Source of the DNA: Candidatus Omnitrophota bacterium
GTDB taxonomy: Bacteria; Omnitrophota; Gorgyraeia; Gygaellales; Profunditerraquicolaceae
Reading direction: 5' to 3'
NCBI GenBank assembly: GCA_041649115.1
Contig: JBAZNT010000001.1
Span: 12,325 to 76,324, forward strand
Length of the DNA: 64,000 nt
The notes below the pieces were generated by a model that had not been told where the DNA came from, ran no database searches, and worked only from the letters and a program-made list of their open reading frames with translations. Made by a program: the position numbers and the translations under genes. Below, in pieces: positions 1-8,702 of the stretch (positions are counted from its first letter, which is position 1; each line of letters opens with the position of its first letter).

Positions 1-1
1 T

Positions 2-613
2 TTTGCCGAACTGGTGCTGAGCGGCAAACTTCCCGTGGACGCCTGCAGGGTAAGCGAGCAGGATGCGAAAGAGAAGATTGCGCGCATCCTCGGCCAGAGC
101 CTGGGAAAGAGCATTAAGAAAATAGCGACCCTCCATTGTTACGGGGGGAAAAAAGTCAGCGACCGTTTCGTATATGCCGGGATAGAGGATTGCGTGGCAG
201 CGAATTTAGCCCTAGGTGGACAGAAGTCCTGCTCCTGGGGGTGCCTGGGTTTTGGAACCTGCGTTAAGGCCTGCCCCTTCGGAGCTATCAGTATGTCTGA
301 CGAAGGCCTGCCGGTAGTGGATGAGGCCAAATGCAAGGCCTGCAATAAATGCGTAGAGGCCTGCCCCAAAAAATTATTCAGCTTAGTGCCGTTAGCGCAG
401 AAGGTCTATATGGCATGCAGCTCTCATGATGCCGGCCGCGATACAAGGGCAGCATGCCCCGTAGGGTGTATTGCCTGCCGCCTCTGCGAGAAGGCCTGCA
501 AATTTGACGCCATTCATGTAGTTGATAACATCGCAATTATAGATTATAATAAATGCACTTCCTGCGGCGACTGCGTGAAGGTCTGCCCCATGAAGACTAT
601 CAGGACAAGATGA
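2..613 (+). CDS. rnfB: RnfB-type Fe-S electron-transport subunit / polyferredoxin (5' partial)
   Basis: The reading frame is open from nt 2 (FAELVLSGKLPVDAC...), so the gene starts upstream of the window. It has several 4Fe-4S cysteine motifs (CLGFGTCVKACP, CKACNKCVEACP, CIACRLCEKAC, CTSCGDCVKVCP) in the order typical of RnfB. Confidence 0.65.
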   Translation, partial: FAELVLSGKLPVDACRVSEQDAKEKIARILGQSLGKSIKKIATLHCYGGKKVSDRFVYAGIEDCVAANLALGGQKSCSWGCLGFGTCVKACPFGAISMSDEGLPVVDEAKCKACNKCVEACPKKLFSLVPLAQKVYMACSSHDAGRDTRAACPVGCIACRLCEKACKFDAIHVVDNIAIIDYNKCTSCGDCVKVCPMKTIRTR

Positions 614-1215
614 TGAATATAGCGGTTTTTGCTTCCGGGCGGGGGACAAATTTTTCAGCTATTGCCCGCGCGGCGAGAAAAGGCATGATAAAGGCCAGGC
701 TGGTCCTTCTGGTGTGTGACCAACCAGGCGCGGGAGTGTTAGCGCGCGCGCGGCGTTATAAGGTTAAGGTCGCCTTAGTGAAAAGGGAGGATTTTAAGGA
801 TAAGGGTGATTTTGAGGCCAGGATCATGCGGCACCTTCGGGATAATAAGGTTGAGCTTGTTGTGCTGGCAGGGTATATGCGCATGCTAAGCAAGGGGTTT
901 ATCGAGCGCTATAAAAATAAAATAATCAATATCCATCCGAGCATCCTGCCTGCCTTCAAGGGTACCGAGAGCATCAGGGATGCCTTTGAATACGGCTCCA
1001 AGCTTACCGGGGTAACGGTGCATTTTGTTGATGAGGAAATGGACCACGGACCCATTATCCTGCAGGGAGGGGTTGAGATAAGAGAGTCTGATACCGTAGA
1101 GTCGCTGGAGGCCAGGGTCCATAAGCTTGAGCACAAGCTTTACCCCAGGGCAATCGGTCTTTATTTGTCGGGGAAGCTTAAGGCGAAGGGAAGGAAGGTA
1201 AGGATTTCTACCTGA
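610..1215 (+). CDS. purN: phosphoribosylglycinamide formyltransferase
   Basis: N-terminus MMNIAVFASGRGTNF, HPSILPAF and VHFVDEEMDHGPII are classic GART motifs. The ATG at 610 overlaps the rnfB stop (ATGA). The ORF-track start at 553 lies inside rnfB. Confidence 0.9.
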   Translation: MMNIAVFASGRGTNFSAIARAARKGMIKARLVLLVCDQPGAGVLARARRYKVKVALVKREDFKDKGDFEARIMRHLRDNKVELVVLAGYMRMLSKGFIERYKNKIINIHPSILPAFKGTESIRDAFEYGSKLTGVTVHFVDEEMDHGPIILQGGVEIRESDTVESLEARVHKLEHKLYPRAIGLYLSGKLKAKGRKVRIST

Positions 1216-2113
1216 GTTGTTTTGACCACACCTGCTTGCGCGTCAGGACAATCTTGGTATTGCTTAAGAGGTTGTCAAATTCCATCCGGTCAAAATTTCT
1301 GAAATTATAATTCCTGATAGTATAGATTGCCGTTGCTACTATTTCCTTATCAATATCCTTGTCCTGTTTTACTTCCGGTTTCCTGAATTTTAATCTTACC
1401 CGCTGCTCAATCTGCTTCAGTATAAATTCCCTCATAGTAATCTCTTTCCAGTCCAGGTGCATGCCTTCCATGTCGCCGATAATCTGCTGGGGCGCTACGT
1501 TATAATCCTGGATGGTACGGTGGGTGTATTCGTAGGAGTCCATAATGCCGTAAGAGAGTTTCTTGAGGTCCGGGTAATACATTATTTCTTTAATCTCAAA
1601 GCCGTTTTTGATATCAGCCACCACCATGCAGAGGAAGCGGACCTTTTCTTGCTGCGAATATCCGGTATCATGCAACACGCGCAGCGCTACCTTGCTGAGC
1701 TTGCTGATTCTTTCCGATACCTCCTTGTTATACTGATACGGCGGGTTGGAGATTTGTTTTTCGTGAACGGGCTTGACGAGGTACTCCAGGGTTATGGTAT
1801 CGTCTAAGCCTTTGGCGGCATAATTAGCCTTGCAGTAATCTACCGTAAAAAGCTCCAGGTTTTTCTGGGGTTTTCCTTTAGCGGGGATAAAGATATCCTC
1901 TACCGGCAGGTAAATCCAGAGCGTATCTCCGGCAAACCTTGCGCGGCAGTCAATCCGGTATTCTTGGGCCGCGGCGTTATGGATGGCATTCTGGACGTAT
2001 TCTTTGCTGTAGGAGGCAAGAGGGGGAGAGGAACATCCGGCGAGCAGGGATGCCGTAAATAAGAGGCTAAGGGCGGTTCTTGCCAAACTCTTTGAAGATG
2101 GCCTCGATTTCAT
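1208..2113 (-). CDS. hypothetical lipoprotein
   Basis: 301-aa ORF with a signal peptide and lipobox (LLFTASLLAGCSS). I recognise no family. The start at 2113 overlaps the ftsH-like 3' end by 47 nt. A TTG at 2086 is an alternative start. Confidence 0.6.
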   Translation of the reverse strand: MKSRPSSKSLARTALSLLFTASLLAGCSSPPLASYSKEYVQNAIHNAAAQEYRIDCRARFAGDTLWIYLPVEDIFIPAKGKPQKNLELFTVDYCKANYAAKGLDDTITLEYLVKPVHEKQISNPPYQYNKEVSERISKLSKVALRVLHDTGYSQQEKVRFLCMVVADIKNGFEIKEIMYYPDLKKLSYGIMDSYEYTHRTIQDYNVAPQQIIGDMEGMHLDWKEITMREFILKQIEQRVRLKFRKPEVKQDKDIDKEIVATAIYTIRNYNFRNFDRMEFDNLLSNTKIVLTRKQVWSKQLR

Positions 2114-3734
2114 CGTAGTTCAATTCTCCCTTGGCAACCAGTTCCTTTGCGAGGCGTTCGAGGATGGCGTCTTCCTTGCGCAAGAGGTCTTCGACCTCTC
2201 TGAGGCACATATTCAATATGTCCTGTACATCTATGTCAAGGCGGTTCCTGGTGGATTCCGATACAAATTCGGCATTCTTGAAGACGTGGAAATTACCGAT
2301 GACCCCGGATTTGCCCATTCCCCAGCGCCATACCATATTATGGGCGATGTAAAGTGCTTTCTGGAAATCCGAGTCCACCCCGGCGGTGGTAGTGCCGAGC
2401 TTAAGCCTCTCGGCAGCGTAGGAGCCCAGGCAGGTCTTAATCTCGCCGAGCAGCTTTTGTTTGTCCGGTATGAAGATTTCTTCTTTTTCGGGGGTCCAGG
2501 TCACCCCTCCGGTATAACCGCGCGGGGTGATGGTTACTTTGAATACGTCCTGGGTAGGCACAAGCAGGTAAGTAACGATGGCGTGGCCGGCTTCGTGATA
2601 GGCGGCCTGCAGCTTTTCTTCCTCGCGTACCTTGATGCGGCGTTTAATGCCGAGCGAGATTCTTTCGCGGGCATCGTCAATCTCTTTCATGGAGATGAGG
2701 TTTTTCTTGCGGCGCACCGCTATTAATGCGGATTCACGCACGATATTGGCGATATCCGCCGGGCTGTTTCCTACGGTGATGCGGGCAAGCCGGTCGGTCT
2801 TGACGCTCGTCTGGTCGTATTTGACCTCTTTTAGGTAATATTCGAATAATTTCTGCCGGTCCTCGAGACTGGGCTTATCTACGTAGATCTTGCGGTCAAA
2901 CCTGCCGGGCCTCAGCAGCGCCACGTCTAAATAATTTTCCGGGGCATTGGTCGCCCCTATAATCACGATGTTGGTGTCTTTTTCCTTTAAGCCGTCCATC
3001 TCCACCAATAATTGGTTTAAGGTCTGGTTGTGCTCGGTGGTGCCGCCTCCGCCTGTTTCTATCCCGCGCCTGGCGCCTAGGGCGTCAAGTTCGTCAATAA
3101 AAATGATGCAGCCGCCCTCGATTTCGGCCAACTCTCGCGCGTTTTTAAAAAGATTGCGGATCCTCCCGGCGCCTACGCCTACGAACATCTCCACGAATTC
3201 CGAGCCTGACATGGAAATGAAAGGAATCCCGGCCTCGGTGGCGATGGCCTTGGCAAGATAGGTTTTGCCGCATCCGGGAGGTCCGAGCATCAAGAGTCCC
3301 CTCAGGATCCTGCCCCCGATGCGCTGTAATTCGGCGCGGTCCTTGATGAGATTGACGATCTCTGAGGCCTCTTCTTTGGCTTCATCCATCCCTATGACAT
3401 CGCTCCAATGGATGCCGACATCCTTTCCGGAAACCGATTTTTTGCTGCTGTGAGTGAATTGCTGGCCGCCCTTTTTAAACTGCATCCAGTAGAGCATAAA
3501 AACGAACATCGTAGTCTGGATGGCTCCTACGATGACCCAGATAAAAATCTGCAGCGGATACATCGCCAATTGGGCCTGCCGCACGTAAGATTCCGCTTCA
3601 AACCATGCCTTGATGCCCTTGATTAAGAGGATGGCCAGAAGTATTAAGGCGGTGCTGGCAACCAGCCAAAGGATCATCCTTATCCAGTATAGCCTGAAAA
3701 ACCTTTTGGTTTTCTTCAAGTTCATCCGAATCAA
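2067..3734 (-). CDS. FtsH-family AAA+ zinc metalloprotease (short form, 555 aa)
   Basis: N-terminal TM helices, Walker A GPPGCGKT, Walker B IIFIDELD, second region of homology, and the zinc site HEAGHAIV. Confidence 0.85.
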   Translation of the reverse strand: MIRMNLKKTKRFFRLYWIRMILWLVASTALILLAILLIKGIKAWFEAESYVRQAQLAMYPLQIFIWVIVGAIQTTMFVFMLYWMQFKKGGQQFTHSSKKSVSGKDVGIHWSDVIGMDEAKEEASEIVNLIKDRAELQRIGGRILRGLLMLGPPGCGKTYLAKAIATEAGIPFISMSGSEFVEMFVGVGAGRIRNLFKNARELAEIEGGCIIFIDELDALGARRGIETGGGGTTEHNQTLNQLLVEMDGLKEKDTNIVIIGATNAPENYLDVALLRPGRFDRKIYVDKPSLEDRQKLFEYYLKEVKYDQTSVKTDRLARITVGNSPADIANIVRESALIAVRRKKNLISMKEIDDARERISLGIKRRIKVREEEKLQAAYHEAGHAIVTYLLVPTQDVFKVTITPRGYTGGVTWTPEKEEIFIPDKQKLLGEIKTCLGSYAAERLKLGTTTAGVDSDFQKALYIAHNMVWRWGMGKSGVIGNFHVFKNAEFVSESTRNRLDIDVQDILNMCLREVEDLLRKEDAILERLAKELVAKGELNYDEIEAIFKEFGKNRP

Positions 3735-3814
3735 TCCTTATGTTATTGATGAAATTTAAGATAACACGACAGCCAATTTTAGTCAAACCTTATTTTTGCT
3801 TCCTCAACTTAAAC

Positions 3815-3906
3815 AGAAACGCTTTCCAAGCCAATCGGGAAACTGTTTCCGCTTTAAGCAGGAAAGTGTTTCTGCTTTGGGAGGGAAACTGTTTCTGGGG
3901 GTGCAA
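3815..3906. promoter_or_regulatory. four direct repeats with 23-bp phasing, each carrying a GGAAAC-N-GTTTCC-type palindrome
   Basis: Units start at 3815 (AGAAACGCTTTCC), 3838 (GGAAACTGTTTCC, perfect palindrome), 3861 (GGAAAGTGTTTCT) and 3884 (GGAAACTGTTTCT). The array ends 8 nt upstream of the eno -35 box. Confidence 0.6.
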
Positions 3907-3913
3907 GTTGTGC

Positions 3914-3941
3914 TTGACGGGAGAGCATGAGTATGTATAAT
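3914..3941 (+). promoter_or_regulatory. sigma70-like promoter for eno
   Basis: TTGACG (3914-3919), a 16-nt spacer, then an extended -10 TGTATAAT (3934-3941). A strong SD (TAAGGAG) precedes the ATG at 3996. Confidence 0.55.
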
Positions 3942-3983
3942 ATAATCCTCACGCAACAGATCTCTCATTACATCTTAAAATAA

Positions 3984-5536
<1,553 letters not shown>

Positions 5537-5680
5537 GCCGGGAAGGATAATTTTCGGGGTGACAGCGAGCGCCAGGGTGGGGGCGAAGCGTTCCAAGAAT
5601 CCGAGACAGGTAAAAGATACAGCAAAAACCGTTATTTGTTTACTATTCACGCTATAGAATAAGCAATAGCGTAACGACTT

Positions 5681-5757
<77 letters not shown>

Positions 5758-5765
5758 GATTAAAA

Positions 5766-5798
5766 AGGCAGCCAGGGCATCGGCTGCCTTTTTCTTTT
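5766..5798 (+). terminator. rho-independent terminator after the tRNA
   Basis: 8-bp stem AGGCAGCC/GGCTGCCT with an 8-nt loop, followed by TTTTTCTTTT. Confidence 0.8.
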
Positions 5799-5830
5799 AT
5801 GAGCAGGCAGCGCGCCGGTTTAAAAAGTTC

Positions 5831-5880
5831 TTGTAAAATCACCAAATGAATGGTATATTTTGTTTATGAACATTTGTTCA
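5831..5880 (+). promoter_or_regulatory. tetR promoter plus palindromic operator
   Basis: TTGTAA (5831-5836), 17-nt spacer, TATATT (5854-5859), then the operator TGAACATTTGTTCA (5867-5880). The module from 5848 to 5880 recurs at 6573-6605 with 29 of 33 positions identical. Confidence 0.6.
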
Positions 5881-5908
5881 ATAATTGGATAATATTGCAG
5901 AGGATAAA

Positions 5909-6511
5909 ATGACGATATTAAACAGAAAGGAAAGAGACAGGCAGCTGCGCCGGTCCGATATCCTGAAAGCGGCAGAGCACTTATTTGCCATTAAAGGGTA
6001 CAATAAAGCGACCATCAGGGATATTGCCAAAGAAGCCCAGTATGCTACGGGAACGGTTTACCTGCATTTTAAAGACAAGGAAGCGCTTTTTTTTGCCCTG
6101 TTTGAGGAAAAGCTCAAAAATTTATTATCTATCATAGAGGAAAAAATAAAGCAAGTTAAAGATGCCAGAAGCAAGCTTAGGATTTTTGTACGGGAAGGGC
6201 TGGATTTCTTTGCGAAGAACTCCAACTTCTTTAAAATTTTTGTTTCGGAAAGCGACAGGCTTCTGATAGAGAAGAGGATTTTGAAATCTCCTGCCGGACA
6301 ACAGTTTCAGGATTATACCGTAAGATTAATCAGGCAGGCGCAAGAACAACGGGTCATTAGCAGCGAGCTTGCCGCCAGGCAGGCGGCGGATGTTTTTTTT
6401 GCAATTTTAAAAATAGTTGGAATTGAATGCTTCAAAGAAAAAAATGGGAAGCTGCCGGATTTATCCGACCTTATACTTAGGTATTTTTTATACGGAACTG
6501 CAAACAAGTAA
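5909..6511 (+). CDS. TetR/AcrR family transcriptional regulator
   Basis: N-terminal HTH ILKAAEHLFAIKGYNKATIRDIAKEAQYATGTVYLHFKDKEALF. I prefer the ATG at 5909 over the TTG at 5885. Confidence 0.88.
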   Translation: MTILNRKERDRQLRRSDILKAAEHLFAIKGYNKATIRDIAKEAQYATGTVYLHFKDKEALFFALFEEKLKNLLSIIEEKIKQVKDARSKLRIFVREGLDFFAKNSNFFKIFVSESDRLLIEKRILKSPAGQQFQDYTVRLIRQAQEQRVISSELAARQAADVFFAILKIVGIECFKEKNGKLPDLSDLILRYFLYGTANK

Positions 6512-6554
6512 CCCTTCTTATTAACGCTCCCGCCCCCGTTTCATAAAAAATCAT

Positions 6555-6624
6555 CTTGACAAAAACCTGAACGAATGATATATTTTATTTGTGAACATAT
6601 GTTCATATAATGATGTATTGTTCA
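6555..6624 (+). promoter_or_regulatory. efflux-operon promoter plus palindromic operator(s)
   Basis: TTGACA (6555-6560), 18-nt spacer, TATATT (6579-6584), then the perfect palindrome TGAACATATGTTCA (6592-6605). A degenerate second site TGATGTATTGTTCA lies at 6611-6624. Confidence 0.6.
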
Positions 6625-6679
6625 TACAAAATGCAGGCGGTATATCTTGGCAGGGTAAGGGCGGCGGTGAAGAAAGACT

Positions 6680-8014
6680 ATGAAAAAATACAGGTATTTT
6701 ATTATAACTTTAGGAATTGCGGTAATGTTTACCTTGCAAACAGCGCTGGCAGCTGAGGCGCCGGAACACCGTGTCTTGAAGATAGACCTGAACACAGCTA
6801 TCAAAATGGCGATTGATGCCAGCGAGGAGTTAAAAATAAAGGAAAGGCAGGCTAATAAAAGCGAAGGGGCTTACCTGGAAGCGCGCGCAGGTTTACTCCC
6901 TCATATAAGCGCGGAATCCACCTTTCTTTATAATATAGATTACCCCGATTCAATGGAATTGGGAGATTACAACAGCGTATCAGGTATAACCGCTTCGCAG
7001 GTCTTGTGGTCCTTTGGCAGGGTAATGCACGCGGTTGACGCTGCCAAGAAGGCAGCGGAGGCAAGCGGATTTAGCAGGGAGGCGGGCAAACAGGAAGTTA
7101 TTTACGCCGCAAAGTTGAGTTATTACAGCAACTTACTTGCGAGAAATGCATTAGCAATAACCGAAAAGTCATACCAGAACGCCATTGACAATAAGAAACT
7201 CTTAGGGCAGCGTTCTTACGGAGGCCGCAGTTCTAAGTATGAAATCCTCAGGATGGACACCGAAGTGGCTGCCAGGGTTCCTACAGTGAATGAAGCGAGA
7301 GCCCAGCTGGGCATGGCAACGGAGACTTTAAAGAGGGTTATCGGCACGGATGCCTCTTCGGAACTTGAGCTTGCGGAGGATTTTAAAGAATACTACCACG
7401 GGCTTGATTATGAGCTGCTTGTGGCTGCGATGTATGAATACGAACCTTCCTTAAAAAGCCTTGCTAAATATATGGAGTCTGCCGAAGCGACGCTAAAGAG
7501 CAAAAAGGCAAGTTTCCTTCCTACTGTTTCAGGGTTTACCTTATGGGATTACCTGGGGTCTCCCAGCGATTCGATGTTAAACGGAAATGAGTCCGGCAGC
7601 TATGCCTTTGCCGGCGTCAAGGTAAGCATGCCGATCTGGGAAGGAGGCGAGAAGCAGGCGCAGCTGAGGCAGGCGCGCATGGAGAAGGAAATCGCGATAT
7701 TACAAAGGAAACAGGCTGAAAAAGACCTCCTTTTGGCCCTGAAGAAGGCTTCTTTGGAATACCGCCAATACACGGATAACTTAAAAGCCAATATTGAAGC
7801 AGTAAGGCTGGCAGGGGAGTCATTCCAGCAGACACAGGAGATGTTCGCTTCCGGCCAGGTAACCCTTACGGACTTAAACGACTCCGAACTTCTATTGACC
7901 AATCAAAGGCTTAACAAGGAAATGACCTTGTTTAATATCAATGTTACCCTGGCAAAAATAGAAAAATTGATTGCGGGGCATTATGATGAAAAAAATACCG
8001 GGGAAAAGTCTTAA
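6680..8014 (+). CDS. TolC-family outer-membrane efflux protein
   Basis: Signal peptide, 444 aa, two-repeat OEP architecture. It sits immediately upstream of the MFP and RND genes. Confidence 0.85.
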   Translation: MKKYRYFIITLGIAVMFTLQTALAAEAPEHRVLKIDLNTAIKMAIDASEELKIKERQANKSEGAYLEARAGLLPHISAESTFLYNIDYPDSMELGDYNSVSGITASQVLWSFGRVMHAVDAAKKAAEASGFSREAGKQEVIYAAKLSYYSNLLARNALAITEKSYQNAIDNKKLLGQRSYGGRSSKYEILRMDTEVAARVPTVNEARAQLGMATETLKRVIGTDASSELELAEDFKEYYHGLDYELLVAAMYEYEPSLKSLAKYMESAEATLKSKKASFLPTVSGFTLWDYLGSPSDSMLNGNESGSYAFAGVKVSMPIWEGGEKQAQLRQARMEKEIAILQRKQAEKDLLLALKKASLEYRQYTDNLKANIEAVRLAGESFQQTQEMFASGQVTLTDLNDSELLLTNQRLNKEMTLFNINVTLAKIEKLIAGHYDEKNTGEKS

Positions 8015-8702
8015 TTTCAGGACGCAGATATATGCGGCAGTAATGCTGGTTTTTGTCATTTCCGTGTTTATGACTATCAGGTCGGTGGATATCAGGCGTA
8101 ACCGCCCGATAATTAGTTTTGTTTCCGAATGGAGCAGGCGAGGCAAGCCGGTAACAGCCAGGGTGATAAAGGCAGCAGATACCCCGGCGTATACTAAATT
8201 TACGGTTGTCATTATCTCCGGTAATTCAGGGAAAGGCTTTGTGACCGCGGATATCAAGGATAAGATTAAGGTAGGACAAGAGGTTTATTTAGCGGATGGC
8301 GGCGCTGCCTGCGGAAGGATATCAAGGCTGGGCGGGGATCTGGATGTTAATACCGGCATGTTTGCGGTAGAAATAGAGTTTGATAAGCCTGTTGCGGCAT
8401 CCGGTTCAATGCTGGTAGTTTTTGCGCAAACCCAGACCTTGAGCCAGGCACTGGTAGTGCCTAACAGCATCCTGGATATTTCCGGAGACAATTATTATCT
8501 CTGGAAGATAGAAGATTTAAAGGCGCGAAGGGTCCCGGTTAAAATCGGATTGCGTAACGGCTACGGCACGGTTATCAATGAAGGTATCCGCTCGGGGGAT
8601 ATGGTGGTGTTCAGCGGCCAAGGCGCATTAAAAGAAGGGGATAAGGTTAATGTTATTGAGGATGACCCGCTCCAGATACGCGATGAGGTCAGGCAGAGAT
8701 GA
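7983..8702 (+). CDS. efflux RND periplasmic adaptor (MFP), unusually short
   Basis: TM anchor followed by beta-barrel/membrane-proximal-type sequence (VVPNSILDISGDNYYLWKIED...VPVKIGLRNGYGTVINEGIRSGDMVV). The position between tolC and the RND pump fits this call. I chose the ATG at 7983. Confidence 0.7.
   Translation: MMKKIPGKSLNFRTQIYAAVMLVFVISVFMTIRSVDIRRNRPIISFVSEWSRRGKPVTARVIKAADTPAYTKFTVVIISGNSGKGFVTADIKDKIKVGQEVYLADGGAACGRISRLGGDLDVNTGMFAVEIEFDKPVAASGSMLVVFAQTQTLSQALVVPNSILDISGDNYYLWKIEDLKARRVPVKIGLRNGYGTVINEGIRSGDMVVFSGQGALKEGDKVNVIEDDPLQIRDEVRQR

Noticed and set aside
2067-2113. There are two identical-length 47-nt gene overlaps: ftsH/lipoprotein at 2067-2113 and lpxK/lpxL-fusion at 52770-52816.
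   Set aside because: There is no sequence similarity between the two overlaps and alternative starts exist. This is probably coincidence rather than a shared recoding or coupling signal.
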